Counted from the stretch's first letter, positions 32,054 to 45,014 are shown. The stretch: 64,000 bases of DNA from an uncultured Clostridia bacterium (GCA_947631335.1 CANRKZ010000001.1:3255-67254), one strand, 5' to 3'. Made by a program: numbers and translations. The notes: generated by a model from the letters alone, not told the origin.

Positions 32054-32647
32054 ATGGAAGAGAGTGTTACGATTATGACAGTATTACAAGAACTTAGAGA
32101 TTTTAGAACCGAAAATAATAGACGCTGGGAAAAAAATGATAAACGCTGGGAAGAAAACAATAGGCGCTGGGAAGAAAATAATAAATGCTGGGAAGAAAAC
32201 AATAGGCGTTGGGAAGAAAACAATAGGCGCTGGGAAGAAAATGATAAACGCTGGGAAGAAAATAATAGGCGTTGGAAACAAAATGAAAAAATATTAAATT
32301 CAATGGATGAAAGATTAGATTCCATACATGAAAGATTAGATTTAACGAATAAAAGAGTATCCAATTTAGAAGAAGGAAGAAAAAAAGATAAAAATGAGAT
32401 TTTAGATGTATTAGATGCTATGCAAAAAAGTATCAACAAACAATTTATAGATATAAGAGACTATATGGATGCACAATTTAAAAAAATTAATGCAATACAA
32501 ACTGTAAATGATATGGAACATGTAGAATTTAAACAATTATTGAAAGCATATGGAATAAGAATTGATCTGCAATCTTCTAGAATTAATTATTTAGAAAAAT
32601 GGAAAAAAGATAATTTTGGAAATGATGAATTAATTACAGTTTATTAA
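32054..32647 (+). CDS. hypothetical protein with 8 tandem Trp-containing heptads (NRRWEEN) and a C-terminal coiled-coil
   Basis: An 8 x 21-bp tandem DNA repeat encodes [60 protein letters not shown] aaggagg. Confidence 0.5.
   Translation: MEESVTIMTVLQELRDFRTENNRRWEKNDKRWEENNRRWEENNKCWEENNRRWEENNRRWEENDKRWEENNRRWKQNEKILNSMDERLDSIHERLDLTNKRVSNLEEGRKKDKNEILDVLDAMQKSINKQFIDIRDYMDAQFKKINAIQTVNDMEHVEFKQLLKAYGIRIDLQSSRINYLEKWKKDNFGNDELITVY
32113..32283 (+). repeat. 21-bp tandem repeat, about 8 copies (aataggcgctgggaagaaaac consensus)
   Basis: Directly visible periodicity. This explains the spurious antisense ORFs 31996-32439. Confidence 0.85.
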
Positions 32648-32774
32648 ATTTTGGAAAAAGCTATTATTAATATTGAAATAATAATATAGATTAATAAATA
32701 AAATATAAAAATATAATAGAAAAAGTATTGCAAAATAAAAAAAATATGATATAATATCTAACAATACATGTAAA

Positions 32775-33050
32775 TACGATAACAAGGACGCAATAGATAA
32801 TATAATATCTTAAAGAGAGCCAAAGATTGGTGTGATTTTGGTAAGTAAAAATTATTTATTATCACCTTAGTTTGTTACTAACCTGAAGTGAAGTAAGTTA
32901 GTCGTAGACCTGCGTTAAAGGTAAATAAGAGAGTGGATTGTATTGTAAATATATAGATTTACTAACTTAGGTGGTACCGCGGAATAGAGAAATCTTTTCG
33001 TCCTAATAAATTAGGATGGGAAGATTTTTTAAATTCTAAAAGGAAAACGT
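32775..33050 (+). promoter_or_regulatory. T-box leader of ileS
   Basis: AGAGAG stem I element and the conserved T-box aacttaGGTGGTACCGCGg. Terminator gaaatcttttcgtcc...ggatgggaagattttttt. The promoter TTGCAA...TATAAT lies near 32728-32756. Confidence 0.75.
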
Positions 33051-33078
33051 CTAAATATAATGTGAGGGAGGAATTTTT

Positions 33079-36000
33079 ATGTACAAAAAAGTAGAACTAA
33101 AAAATGGATTTGTTGGAATGGAACACAAAATTGCGGAGAACTGGAAGAAAAAAGATATTATAAAAAAGAATTTTGCTATGAATGAAGGAAAAAAATATTT
33201 TACATTTTATGATGGACCACCAACAGCAAATGGAAAGCCACATATTGGACACATTGAAACGAGAGTTATGAAAGATATTATTCCAAGATACAAAGTAATG
33301 AAAGGATATCATGTAGATAGAAAAGCAGGATGGGATACACAAGGTCTTCCTGTTGAACTTGAAATTGAGAAAAAACTTGGGATTTCTGGAAAAGAACAAA
33401 TTGAAAAATATGGAGTAGAAAAATTTGTAAAAGAGTGTAAAGAAAGTGTATTTACTTATGTTCATATGTGGGAAGAGATGACAAATAAGGTTGGATATTG
33501 GGTAGACATGGAACATCCATATATAACTTATGAAAATAGTTATATAGAATCTGTATGGTGGGGAATTTCACAAATGTGGAAAAAAGGTCTTTTGTATGAA
33601 GGCCATAAAGTTATGCCATATTGCCCAAGATGTGGAACAGCTCTTTCTTCACATGAAGTTGCACAAGGTTATAAAGAGGTAAAAGATTTAACTTGTATTG
33701 CCAAATTTAAAGTACTAGGAGAAGATAAATATATTTTAGCATGGACAACAACACCATGGACATTACCTTCGAACTTAGCACTTTGTGTAAACAAAGCTTA
33801 TGAATATGCAGAGGTAAAAGTAAATATAGGAACAGATGATGAACCAGTATATGAAACATATATATTAGCAAAAGATTTAATCGAAAAAGTATTAGCAAAT
33901 AAAGAATATGAAGTCTTAAAAACATATAAGGGAACTGAATTATTGGGAGTAAAATATGAAAGGTTAATGCCTTTTGGTAAGGTTGAAGGAAAAGCCTTTG
34001 AAGTAATTCATGGAGACTATGTAAACTTAGAAGATGGTACAGGTATTGTCCATATAGCTCCAGCTTATGGTGAAGATGATAGTTTTGTTTCAAAACAAAA
34101 TGGTATTACATTTATAAACTTAGTAGATAAAACAGGAAAATTTGTAGATGAAGTTAAACCATGGGCAGGAAGATTTGTAAGAGATTGTAATGAAGATATT
34201 TGTAAATGGTTAGCAAGCGAAAATAAACTATTTAGCAAAGAAAAACACTTACATTCCTATCCACATTGTTGGAGATGCGATACACCACTTCTTTATTATC
34301 CAAAAGAGAGTTGGTTTGTTGCGATGACTAAGCTAAGAGATAACTTAATTGCTAACAATAATGAAATAAATTGGTATCCAGAAACAATAAAAACAGGAAG
34401 ATTTGGAAAATTTTTAGAAAATGTAATAGATTGGGGAATTTCAAGAGATAGATACTGGGGAACACCACTTCCAATTTGGTCTTGTGAATGTGGACATCAA
34501 GAATGTATCGGAAGTATAACAGAATTAAAAGAAAAAGCAATAGACTGTCCTGAAGATGTTGAACTACATAAACCTTATATAGATGAAGTTCATTTAAAAT
34601 GTCCAAAATGCGGTAAAAAAATGACAAGATTTAAAGAAGTAATTGATGTTTGGTTCGATTCAGGATCCATGCCTTTTGCACAATGGCATTATCCATTTGA
34701 AAACAAGGAAGAATTTGAAAAGCATTTTCCAGCACAATTCATCTCAGAAGCAGTTGATCAAACAAGAGGATGGTTCTATACATTACTTGCTATATCAACT
34801 TGTATATTTGATAAAACACCATACGAAAATTGTATTGTCTTAGGACATGTGCTAGATGAAAAGGGACAAAAAATGTCTAAATCTAAAGGAAATGGTGTAG
34901 ATCCAATGCTTTTATTAGAACAAGTAGGAGCAGATGCAACAAGATGGCATTTTTATACAGTATCAGCACCATGGCTTCCAACAAGACTTGGATTAAACAA
35001 TGTGCAAGAAACACAAAGAGGATTTTTAAGTACTTTATGGAATGTATATTCTTTCTATGTTTTATATGCAGAAATTGATCAATTTAATCCATTATTATAT
35101 AAAGATTTTAAGTCAAACAATATTATGGATAAATGGATTATATCAAAACTAAATACATTAGTAAAAGAAGTAGATAGAAAGTTAGAAGAGTATAATATAA
35201 CAAGTGCAGCATTATTAATAGAGAATTTTACAGATGAGTTATCTAATTGGTATGTACGTAGAAATAGAGAAAGATTTTGGTCTACTGAATTAACAGATGA
35301 AAAAATTGGGGCTTATGTTACATTATATCAAGTGCTAACAACCTTAGTTAAAATTGCTGCACCGTTTGTACCATTTATGACAGATGAAATTTATCAAAAT
35401 TTAGTTGTAGGTTTAGATAAAACCCAACCTGAAAGTGTACATTTATGTTTATGGCCAGAAACAGAAGAGACTGCAATTGATAAAACTTTAGAAGAGGAAA
35501 TGGACTTAGCTTATAAAATTGTAAAACTAGGTCGTAGTAGCAGAAATTCTTCTAATATAAAAAATAGACAACCACTTTCTAAAATGCTAATTTCAATCGA
35601 TATACTTCCAAAATATTATGAGAATATTATCAAAGAAGAGTTAAATGTAAAGGAAGTTCAGCTAGGAGCTGAAATGTCTCAATATGTAAATTTTGAAATT
35701 AAACCAAATTTACCAGTACTTGGAAAACAATATGGAAGATTAATACCTAAGATAAAAGAAGAAATTTTAAGTAAAAATCAAATGGATTTAGCAAATACAG
35801 TAAAAAATGGTGGGGTAGAATATATACAAATAGATAATACCCAAATAGAACTAAATTCAGATAATCTTTTAATTACAATGCAAGGTAAAGAGGGATATGC
35901 ATTTAGTGGAGAAGGAGAAATAGGGGTTGTATTAGATACACATATTACACCAGAATTAAAAGAAGAAGGATATTTACGTGAAATATTATCTAAAGTACAA

Positions 36001-36216
36001 AATATGAGAAAAGATAATGAATTTGAAGTTTTAGATAATATAAATTTATATGTATCAGGAAATAAAATGTTAGAGGAAGTTATTAAAAAACATGAAGAGT
36101 TAATTAAACATGATACCTTAGCAGTAAATGTTTTATATAATGATAACAAGATTTCTTATGTTGATACGAATATAAATGGAGAAAGTTTAAAAATTCAAGT
36201 TAAAGTTGTAAAATAA
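33079..36216 (+). CDS. ileS: isoleucine--tRNA ligase
   Basis: HIGH ([12 protein letters not shown]) and KMSKS motifs. 1045 aa. It contains no in-frame CGG. Confidence 0.95.
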   Translation: MYKKVELKNGFVGMEHKIAENWKKKDIIKKNFAMNEGKKYFTFYDGPPTANGKPHIGHIETRVMKDIIPRYKVMKGYHVDRKAGWDTQGLPVELEIEKKLGISGKEQIEKYGVEKFVKECKESVFTYVHMWEEMTNKVGYWVDMEHPYITYENSYIESVWWGISQMWKKGLLYEGHKVMPYCPRCGTALSSHEVAQGYKEVKDLTCIAKFKVLGEDKYILAWTTTPWTLPSNLALCVNKAYEYAEVKVNIGTDDEPVYETYILAKDLIEKVLANKEYEVLKTYKGTELLGVKYERLMPFGKVEGKAFEVIHGDYVNLEDGTGIVHIAPAYGEDDSFVSKQNGITFINLVDKTGKFVDEVKPWAGRFVRDCNEDICKWLASENKLFSKEKHLHSYPHCWRCDTPLLYYPKESWFVAMTKLRDNLIANNNEINWYPETIKTGRFGKFLENVIDWGISRDRYWGTPLPIWSCECGHQECIGSITELKEKAIDCPEDVELHKPYIDEVHLKCPKCGKKMTRFKEVIDVWFDSGSMPFAQWHYPFENKEEFEKHFPAQFISEAVDQTRGWFYTLLAISTCIFDKTPYENCIVLGHVLDEKGQKMSKSKGNGVDPMLLLEQVGADATRWHFYTVSAPWLPTRLGLNNVQETQRGFLSTLWNVYSFYVLYAEIDQFNPLLYKDFKSNNIMDKWIISKLNTLVKEVDRKLEEYNITSAALLIENFTDELSNWYVRRNRERFWSTELTDEKIGAYVTLYQVLTTLVKIAAPFVPFMTDEIYQNLVVGLDKTQPESVHLCLWPETEETAIDKTLEEEMDLAYKIVKLGRSSRNSSNIKNRQPLSKMLISIDILPKYYENIIKEELNVKEVQLGAEMSQYVNFEIKPNLPVLGKQYGRLIPKIKEEILSKNQMDLANTVKNGGVEYIQIDNTQIELNSDNLLITMQGKEGYAFSGEGEIGVVLDTHITPELKEEGYLREILSKVQNMRKDNEFEVLDNINLYVSGNKMLEEVIKKHEELIKHDTLAVNVLYNDNKISYVDTNINGESLKIQVKVVK

Positions 36217-36484
36217 GCTTTATAAAAAGAAAACAATCTTAGAATTAAATAAATCCAAATTATTAGACAGACAAGAGTTTAATAAGGAGGGTTTATTTTT
36301 ATGAAAAAATGTCTAAATAAATTTGAATAAAAGTAGAAAATATTATTTTAATTGAAAGTAAATAATTAAAAGAGAAAAAGGGATAACTTTTGGAAGTTGT
36401 TTTAATTTAGTAATTGCAAAAAAAATAGAAATATGTTATTAAATTAGATAGTATAAAGTTATAAAGATAGAAAGGAGAATAAAT

Positions 36485-36844
36485 TTGAATCTTTTTGAAA
36501 ATATTGAAAAATTAATCAATAATAGAAAGATAGAAAATAAAATTAGCAAGGAGGAAGATACAATCAAAATAGAGAATAACAATATATCTCAAAGTGAAGC
36601 CGATTTAGCACAAAAGCTAGATGCCATAGAAAATTTTACAGTTGATAGAATAGAAGAAGACATAGCTATTTTAGAAGATAGAAGCACAGGTAAATTATAT
36701 GATATAAAGAAAGAGGAATTACCAGATAATATAAAATCAGGAGATATTATAAAAAAAATAAATGGTAAATTTTTTATGGATCAACTGGAAACAAAAAGTG
36801 TAAAAAAACGAATTGAAGATAAAATGAATGATTTATGGAATTAA
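36485..36844 (+). CDS. DUF3006 domain protein (TTG start)
   Basis: C-terminal FTVDRIEEDIAILEDRSTGKLYDI...GDIIK. It is followed by an MBL-fold gene, a common pairing. Confidence 0.45.
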   Translation: MNLFENIEKLINNRKIENKISKEEDTIKIENNNISQSEADLAQKLDAIENFTVDRIEEDIAILEDRSTGKLYDIKKEELPDNIKSGDIIKKINGKFFMDQLETKSVKKRIEDKMNDLWN

Positions 36845-36861
36845 AAGGAGAATAAATACAA

Positions 36862-37764
36862 ATGAATAAAAGAAAAAAAATTAATAAAAAAAATAAAGAG
36901 CTTATCCTAACATTCATAAGTTTTATAATTATAGTTATAACAGCATTATTTGGTGGAGAATTATATTTTAATATAAACAAGAAATCACAAGGAAGTAAAA
37001 TATCTAGCAATGGATATACAGATAAATTACAAGTCTATTTTATAGATGTTGGGCAAGCAGATAGTATATTAATAAGTAATAAAAATGAAACTATGTTAAT
37101 TGACGCAGGAAATGATGAAAATGGAAAAGATATAGTAAATTTTATAAAAGATAAGGGAATAACAAAGATAAATTATTTAATCGGAACTCACCCACATGCA
37201 GATCATATAGGAGGTTTAGATGATGTTGTTAAGAGCGATTTAGAAATTGATCGTGTTTATATGCCTAAAATTCAAACAAATACAAAAACATTTGAAGATG
37301 TATTAGATGCCATACAAAATAAAGGATTAACAGTGACAGCACCTAAAAAAGGAGATACCTTTAAAATAGGAGATGCAAATTGCGAAATTATGACAGATAG
37401 TATATTAGATAAAGATAATTTAAATTTAGCTTCTCTAGTAATAAGATTGGAATTTGGAGAAAATAGTTTCTTATTTATGGGTGACAGCGAATCAGAAAAT
37501 GAAAAAACAATTAACTGGCCAAAAACTACTGTATTAAAAGTTGGACATCATGGTTCAAATACGAGTAGTTCAGAAGATTTTTTAAAACAAATAAAACCTG
37601 AATATGCAGTAATAATGGTAGGAAAAGGAAATCATTATGGACTTCCAAAACAAAAAGTGTTAGATAGATTAATCAAAGTAGGTGCACAAATATACAGAAC
37701 CGATGAAAATGGAACTATAACAATGATTTCTGATGGAAAAATGATAGAGGTAGAAAATAATTAG
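36862..37764 (+). CDS. MBL-fold metallo-hydrolase (ComEC C-terminal-domain-like), membrane anchored
   Basis: N-terminal TM. HPHADHIGG metal-binding motif. Confidence 0.7.
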   Translation: MNKRKKINKKNKELILTFISFIIIVITALFGGELYFNINKKSQGSKISSNGYTDKLQVYFIDVGQADSILISNKNETMLIDAGNDENGKDIVNFIKDKGITKINYLIGTHPHADHIGGLDDVVKSDLEIDRVYMPKIQTNTKTFEDVLDAIQNKGLTVTAPKKGDTFKIGDANCEIMTDSILDKDNLNLASLVIRLEFGENSFLFMGDSESENEKTINWPKTTVLKVGHHGSNTSSSEDFLKQIKPEYAVIMVGKGNHYGLPKQKVLDRLIKVGAQIYRTDENGTITMISDGKMIEVENN

Positions 37765-37951
37765 ACAATTTAATATATGTCAACTTGTTGAAGATAATAG
37801 ATAGACATAACCTTTTTAATTAAAACTACTTGACAGTTTACGATAATAAAGTTAAAATATAATAGTAGGAAAAAATATATTAAAAATATTATAACAAATA
37901 ATATATATTTTATTCGAACATTGAAAATAAAATAAGAAAGAGGTGTAGATT

Positions 37952-39493
37952 ATGAATATTGTAATCACAATCGCCGCTGTCTTAATCTCGCTTTCAATTG
38001 GTATACCAATTGGAATGGCATATAGAAAGAAAGTTGCAGAATCTAAAATTCAAGGTGCAGAAAATGAGGCAAAAAGAGTATTAGATTTAGCAAAAAAAGA
38101 AGCCGAAAATCTAAAGAAGGAAGAAATTTTTAAGGCAAAAGAAGAAATTATGGCTAGTCGTAAAGAATTAGACCAAGAGATTAAAGAAAGAAGAGGCGAA
38201 GTACAAAAACAAGAAACAAGGTTAATTCAAAAAGAAGAAAATCTAGAAAGACGTTCAGAAAATTTCGAAAAAAGAGAAAGAGAATTGGATAAAGAATTAC
38301 AAAATATCGAGAAACAAAAAGAGGAACTTGAAAAATTACATGAACAAGAAATGGTAGAACTTCAAAAAATTGCAGTATTATCAAAGGAAGAGGCAAAACA
38401 AAAACTTTTAACAGAAATGGAAAAAGAATTAACAGCTGAAAAGGCTGCTCTAATTCGAGAGCAAGACCAAAAAGCAAAAGAAACCATTACAAAGAATGCA
38501 AAAGAAATGTTATGTTATGCAGTACAAAAATGTGCCGCAGATCATTCTCAAGAAACCACTGTATCAATTGTAGCACTTCCAAACGATGAAATGAAAGGAA
38601 GAATTATTGGTAGAGAAGGTAGAAATATAAAAGCACTAGAGACTTTAACAGGAATTGATTTGATTATTGATGATACTCCAGAGGCAGTCGTATTATCTGG
38701 TTTTGATCCATTAAGAAGAGAAGTTGCTAAAATTGCTCTAGAAAAATTAATTGATGATGGAAGAATTCATCCAGCTAAAATAGAAGAAATGGTAGAAAAG
38801 GCAAAGGAAGAAGTTGAAAATACCATAAAAGAAGAAGGAGAAAGAGCAGTTCTTGAAACGGGAGTTATTGGACTTCATCCAGATTTAGTAAAACTAATTG
38901 GAAAACTAAAATATAGGACAAGTTATGGGCAAAATGTATTAAACCATTCAATCGAAGTTTCTAACTTAGCAAGAATTATGGCAGAAGAATTAGGATTAAA
39001 TCCAAAACTTGCTAGACGAGCAGGTCTTTTACACGATATCGGAAAAGCGCTTGATCATGATATGGAAGGAACCCATGTCGAAATAGGAGTAGAGGTTTTG
39101 AAAAAGTATAAAGAAAATGCACTTGTAATTAATGCAGTAGAAGCTCATCATGGGGATGTTGAACCATCAAGTTTAGAAGCTGTATTAGTGCAAGCAGCCG
39201 ATGCGATATCTGCTTCAAGACCAGGTGCAAGAAGGGAAACACTAGAAGCTTATATTAAAAGATTACAAAATCTAGAAGAGATAGCAGATTCTTTTGATGG
39301 AGTTGAGAAGTCTTTTGCTATTCAAGCTGGTCGTGAAGTTAGAATTGTAGTAAAACCAGAAAAGATATCAGATGACCAAATGACAATATTGGCAAGAGAT
39401 GTAGCAAAAAAAGTAGAAAGTGAAATGGATTATCCTGGACAAATTAAAGTAAACATTATAAGGGAAACTAGAGTAGTAGATTATGCAAAATAA
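37952..39493 (+). CDS. rny: ribonuclease Y
   Basis: N-terminal TM, a coiled-coil, a KH domain, and an HD domain (LLHDIGK). Confidence 0.9.
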   Translation: MNIVITIAAVLISLSIGIPIGMAYRKKVAESKIQGAENEAKRVLDLAKKEAENLKKEEIFKAKEEIMASRKELDQEIKERRGEVQKQETRLIQKEENLERRSENFEKRERELDKELQNIEKQKEELEKLHEQEMVELQKIAVLSKEEAKQKLLTEMEKELTAEKAALIREQDQKAKETITKNAKEMLCYAVQKCAADHSQETTVSIVALPNDEMKGRIIGREGRNIKALETLTGIDLIIDDTPEAVVLSGFDPLRREVAKIALEKLIDDGRIHPAKIEEMVEKAKEEVENTIKEEGERAVLETGVIGLHPDLVKLIGKLKYRTSYGQNVLNHSIEVSNLARIMAEELGLNPKLARRAGLLHDIGKALDHDMEGTHVEIGVEVLKKYKENALVINAVEAHHGDVEPSSLEAVLVQAADAISASRPGARRETLEAYIKRLQNLEEIADSFDGVEKSFAIQAGREVRIVVKPEKISDDQMTILARDVAKKVESEMDYPGQIKVNIIRETRVVDYAK

Positions 39494-39495
39494 AA

Positions 39496-39533
39496 TAAAG
39501 ACGATATACTTTTTATAGTATATCGTCTTTTGC
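39496..39533 (+). terminator. rho-independent terminator of rny
   Basis: aaagacgatatactttttatagtatatcgtctttt. Confidence 0.6.
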
Positions 39534-39536
39534 TGT

Positions 39537-39836
39537 TTACGCGTGTCTTTTAAAATACGCAGGTAAACCATTGCTAGGCCAGTGAAGACACAAAGCATCT
39601 GCTGTTAATCTTCCAGTAATTTTTTGGGGTAAAAAAACAGGAGAGCGTTCTTGCTGATACAGGAATTTAAAAAAGTCATTATTAGCATTTGGATTTTCAA
39701 TAAAAATGCTTATAGAAAATTTTAATTCCTTTAATTCGTTATCTTTACTGTCCAGTAATTCGATGTCTATCTCAGACATCCGGGGAAACCTTTCAAAGTT
39801 AATCCCAGCAACTGAAATTAATTTTTTCAGTTTCAT
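39537..39836 (-). CDS. hypothetical ORF; doubtful. Its 3' part has locally elevated GC and it contains an in-frame CGG
   Basis: 99 aa ORF. No recognisable family. Confidence 0.2.
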   Translation of the reverse strand: MKLKKLISVAGINFERFPRMSEIDIELLDSKDNELKELKFSISIFIENPNANNDFFKFLYQQERSPVFLPQKITGRLTADALCLHWPSNGLPAYFKRHA

Positions 39837-40010
39837 TTTAAGCCTCCAATAAGTTATTTACCATTTTGGATATTTTGCAATGGCATATATTTATTATAGC
39901 AAAAAAAAAGAAAAAAATCAAATTATGTAAATTACTAAAATGAGAAGTATATGTAAATTTTAGTAACAAGATTTTCGAAATATTCATAAAATATATAGAG
40001 GTGTTTAGTT

Positions 40011-40529
40011 ATGACAAAATATGAAGAGTTAAGATGCATGCTTGAAAAAAACAAAAAAATTCCTTATCCAATAATACCTAAATTATATCCCAATAAAAGA
40101 TATTGTAATTTAATTTATGACAGTTTAGGTGGAAAAAAGGGAGAACTAACAGCTATTACCCAATACATATATGAACATAACAATTTGCAAAATGAAAAAG
40201 AAATTAATCATATATTAAAAGATATAGCAATTGAAGAAATGCATCATCTAAATATATTAGGAAATATAATAGTAAATTTAGGAGAAAAACCAATCTATAA
40301 AAATTCAAATGGAAAATTATGGACGACAGAAAATGTTTCTTATACTACTCTTAAATTAAAAGAAATAATAAATATTAATATAGAATTAGAAGAAGAATCA
40401 ATTTCGAGATATCAAAAAATATTAAAATATACTAATAATATCTATTTAAGAAGAATTTATGAAAGAATTATATTAGATGAAACAACACATCTAGAAATAT
40501 TTAAGTCCATTTTATTTGACTTAAAATAA
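40011..40529 (+). CDS. manganese-catalase / CotJC-like ferritin-fold protein
   Basis: GGKKGELTAITQYIYE and IAIEEMHHLNILGNII resemble the CotJC/Mn-catalase di-metal motifs. Confidence 0.55.
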   Translation: MTKYEELRCMLEKNKKIPYPIIPKLYPNKRYCNLIYDSLGGKKGELTAITQYIYEHNNLQNEKEINHILKDIAIEEMHHLNILGNIIVNLGEKPIYKNSNGKLWTTENVSYTTLKLKEIININIELEEESISRYQKILKYTNNIYLRRIYERIILDETTHLEIFKSILFDLK

Positions 40530-40607
40530 AAAATCATTTTTGTTTGTTGTAGCGAAGAAAGGAAAAATTATATCAATTTTTCCTTTCTATTTATTTTTTT
40601 CTAAAAT

Positions 40608-41273
40608 TTAATTTTTTCTTTTTCCAAAAATAGAAAGAATTCTTAAAAAGATATTAATAAAGTCTAAATATAATTGCATTGCACAATAAATATGTATTTT
40701 TTCTTGATGAATATTAGATTCATTTTGTAATAACTTTATTTTATTAATATCATAAATAGTAATGCCACAAAATAATGCTAGAATAAACCAATCTAAAGCT
40801 AAATCAATTATTGAATTTTTTAAAATTAATAAGTTAATGATACTTAAAACGATACCAGCAATTAAAAATACAGTAATATAAGGACTCCAAGAGGTTAAAT
40901 TTTGATTGGTTTTATATCCAATTAAACCTAAAGCACCAAAAACAAAAGCAGATATAACAAATAAATAGATAATAGAATTCAACTCAAAAACTGCGAATAT
41001 AGCAGATAAAGTTACTCCATTTAACATGGAATATAAAAAGTATAAGATTCCAACAATTGTAGGTGTAAACTTTCGAAATAAAAAGCTAAATAATAATACG
41101 GTAACTAATTCTAAAATTAACAAAATATTAAAATACCCTTTTAAGACAATATCTAAAAATAGTCCAGAAGAATAGGTATACCAAGCGATGATAGCAGAAC
41201 CTAAAAGCCCCAAAAACATCCAAAAAAAAGTTTTGCCAAAGAGTTTATTTTCTATACTTATTTCGTTATTCAT
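40608..41273 (-). CDS. Bax inhibitor-1/YccA family membrane protein
   Basis: Seven TM segments. Typical BI-1 topology and C-terminal basic tail. Confidence 0.65.
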   Translation of the reverse strand: MNNEISIENKLFGKTFFWMFLGLLGSAIIAWYTYSSGLFLDIVLKGYFNILLILELVTVLLFSFLFRKFTPTIVGILYFLYSMLNGVTLSAIFAVFELNSIIYLFVISAFVFGALGLIGYKTNQNLTSWSPYITVFLIAGIVLSIINLLILKNSIIDLALDWFILALFCGITIYDINKIKLLQNESNIHQEKIHIYCAMQLYLDFINIFLRILSIFGKRKN

Positions 41274-41404
41274 AACAATCTCCTTTCAAAATATCATTAT
41301 AAAATTATTATATAAACAAATTAGAAAAAAATCAAGAATGAAAAGGAAGATACCTATTGATAAAACAAATAACAAATGATAGAATAGCAAAAAAGGAGAG
41401 AAAT

Positions 41405-44400
41405 ATGAGTAAAGTAAATTGGACGAAGGAACAAAAAGATGCTATCCAAGAAAAAGATAAGAATGTATTAGTGGCAGCAGCGGCAGGAAGTGGTAAAACA
41501 GCGGTTTTAGTTGAAAGAATTATCCATAAAATAATGAATGATAAAATTGACATTGATAGATTACTAATAGTGACCTTTACTAACGCTGCTGCTTCTGAAA
41601 TGAAGGAAAGAATTTTTAATGCTATTGATAAAAAATTAGAAGAAAATCCAGAAAATGAACATTTACAAAAACAAATAACTTTATTAAATAAAGCAAATAT
41701 CTGTACCATTGATTCTTTTTGTTTGGAAGTTGTTCGAAATAATTTTTATGAATTCGATAATTTATCTCCTAATTTTAGAATAGCAGATGCAACTGAAATA
41801 GAACTATTAAAACAAGAAGTTATAGAAGACATTTTTGAAAAAAAATATGAAGAAGAAAACGAAGATTTTGCAAAATTAATTAATACCTATACAAGTTATC
41901 GAGAGGATACTCCTCTAAAAGATTTGATTTTAAAAATTTATTCTTATATTCAAAGTAATCCATTTCCAGAAAAATGGTTAACAAAAAAGATAGAAATGTT
42001 TAATTTAAAAAATACACTTGAAAAGGATTTTGTAAATACTCCATGGGGAAAAGAATTATTAGGGCAGATAGAAGATGAAATAACAGATTGTATTACTTCT
42101 TTAGAAACTATAGAAAAACAATTGTCTTATGAATCAGAACTTGAAAAATTTTGGCAAACGATTCGAAATGATATTGATAGGGTACAACAATTAAAAAGAG
42201 ATTTAGATAGTTGGGACAAAGCATATAATACAAATCAATCCTTAACATTTGTAACATGGCCAAAGCAAAAGGTGGAATCGAAATTAAAAGAAGAAGCAAA
42301 ACAAGTACGAGATGAAGTAAAAAAGAAATTATCAAAAGTATTAGATAAAATTTTAATTTATGATTCGAAACAAGCAAATCAAGATATTTATGATATGTAT
42401 GAGATATTAAAAAAGCTAAAAGACATAATATTTGAATTTGATAAAGAATTTACCAAAAGAAAAAGGGATAAAAATATAGTTGATTTTAATGATATTGAAC
42501 ATCTAGCATTAAGTGTATTATTGAAAGAAGAAAATGAAAAGATTAAGCCGTCTGAATTAGCAAAAAAATATCAGGAAAAATATCTAGAAGTAGCCATTGA
42601 TGAATATCAAGATAGTAATTTAGTACAAGAATATATTTTAAACTCTGTATCAAATGGTAATAACTTATTTATGGTAGGAGATGTTAAACAAAGTATTTAT
42701 AAATTTCGCCAAGCAATGCCAGAACTTTTTTTAGAAAAATATAAAACTTATAAAAATAAAACACAAAAGAATCAAAAAGAAAATATAAAAGTACAGTTAT
42801 TTAAAAACTTTCGAAGTAGAGAAAATATATTACAAGTAACCAATATGATTTTCCAAGATATTATGAGCAATGCATTAGGAGATATTTACTACAATAAAGA
42901 AGAATATTTAAATTTAGGTGCGGATTATCCAAGTATAGAGCAAGATTTAAGAACTGAAATTAATGTCATTGATTTAACAGATAAAAACTTAAAAACTGAA
43001 AACGAAGAAGTACCAATTGAAGAGAAAGAAGAAAGAATAGAAGACATCGAATTAGAAGCAAAATTTGTAGCAAACCGAATAAAAAAATTAATAGAAGATA
43101 AATTTCAAGTGTGGGATAGAAACAAAAATGCATATAGAGATATTACCTATAAAGATATTGTAATATTACTTAGATCGACATCAAGTACAGCTCCTATTTT
43201 TGAACAAGAAATTTTAAATTTAGAAATGCCTGTATTTTCAGACAGTTCACAAGAATATTTAGATTCAATTGAAATACAAACAGTAATATCATTATTAAAA
43301 ATAATTGATAATCCAATCCAAGATATTCCATTAGTTACTGTATTAAGATCATTTATTGGAAAATTTACGGATGATGAATTGGTTCAAATTCGATTATCGG
43401 ATTCCTATGATAATTTCTATACTTGTATGCAAAAAACTATGATAAATGGAACAGAAACATTAAAAGGAAAAATTGATCAGTTTTTTAAAAATATAGATCA
43501 ATGGAGAAAAGAACAAGAATATTTAGCACTAGATGAATTGATATGGAAAATATATATGGACACAGGTTTTTATAATTATGTTCGGATTAATGTCGAATGG
43601 AGAATTAAGACAAGCTAATTTAAAAATGTTGTTTCAGAAAGCAAAACAATATGAAAGTGCAAATTTTAAAGGTTTGTATAATTTTATTAAATTTATCGAT
43701 AAATTAAAACTAAGTAGTGGTGATTTAGGAGCTGCTAAGTTAATTGGAGAAAATGATAATGTAATTCGTATTATGAGTATTCATAAGAGTAAGGGATTGG
43801 AATTTCCAGTTGTATTTTTATCAAATACGGGAAAGCAATTTAATCTAACAGATCTAAATAAAAATGTATTACTTCACCAAGAAATGGGAATTGGAGTAAA
43901 ATACATTGATTATGATAGACAAATTCAATATGATACTTTAAGTAAAGCAGCTATTAAAAATAAAATCTTAGAGGAAACTCTTTCAGAAGAAATGAGAATT
44001 TTATATGTTGCTTTGACAAGAGCAAAAGAAAAATTATTGATAACAGGAATTCAAAGGGATTATCAAAAAGAAACAGAAAAAATGATACAAGAAGTAGAAA
44101 GATATCCTAAAAAGAATAATAAAATTAATCCAATTCTAGTTAAAAACTACAAAAATTTTTTAAATTGGATTTTACTAGTCTATTATTATGAGAAAGATAG
44201 GGCAGAAAACATTTTAAAATTAAATTTATATACAAAACAGGAGTTGGTTTCTAAGTTTACAGAAATTGAAAAAGAAGAAATAGATGTAATAAAATTGATA
44301 GAAGAAAAAGATAAAAATAAAAAACAATTAGAACAAATACAAAAAATATTAAATTATTCCTATCCATACAAAATAGCAACTATAATTCCAACTAAAACAT

Positions 44401-45014
44401 CGGTTACAAAATTAAAACAAATGCAATTGCAAGGAAAAACAGAAAACGATACAACAGAATTACCAAAACCAGAGTTTTTAAAAAATGAAAAAGAAGAAAA
44501 ACTAACAGGGACCCAAAAGGGTAGTTTAGTACATTTGTGCTTACAAAACTTAAATGAAAAAATAGATTATGATATAGATAAAATAAAAGAGTTAATTCAA
44601 AACTTAGTAGAAAAGCAAATAATAACGAAAAAAGAAGGAAAAGCCATTAATCCTCTAAAAATCTTAAAATTCACAAAATCAAACATCTGGAAAGAATTAA
44701 AAGAAGCCAAACAGATAGAAAGAGAAAAACCTTTCTATATCAACATTCCTGCTAAAGAAATTTATCAAGAAGAAATAGAAGAGGAGATTTTAGTTCAAGG
44801 AATTATTGATTTATATTATATCGATCAAAACGACAACCTTATTTTAGTTGATTATAAAACAGATTATATTGAAAAAGGAAAGGAGAATGAGTTGGTTGAA
44901 AAATATAAGAAACAGTTAGAAATTTATCAACAAGCATTAGAACAAGTTTTTAGTAAAAAAGTAACTAGAAAATATATTTATTCCACTTATTTAAACAAAC
45001 AAATAGAAATTTAA
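41405..45014 (+). CDS. addA: ATP-dependent helicase/nuclease subunit A; needs a +1 shift at CGG 43583
   Basis: UvrD-type helicase motifs (AAAGSGKT), ...FYNYV-CGG-then GLMSNGELRQANLKMLFQKAK... in +1, and a C-terminal PD-(D/E)xK nuclease region. About 1203 aa. No addB upstream. Confidence 0.85.

Noticed and set aside
31996-32439. Antisense ORFs 31996-32439, 32084-32281 and 32103-32303 with repetitive SQRLLFS or FPAPIVFF peptides
   Set aside because: They are artefacts of the 21-bp tandem repeat read on the opposite strand. The sense-strand gene has the RBS and promoter.
39540-39660. SRP RNA, 6S RNA or tmRNA in the GC-elevated segment
   Set aside because: No match to the conserved SRP domain IV, tmRNA ends or tag-reading frame.
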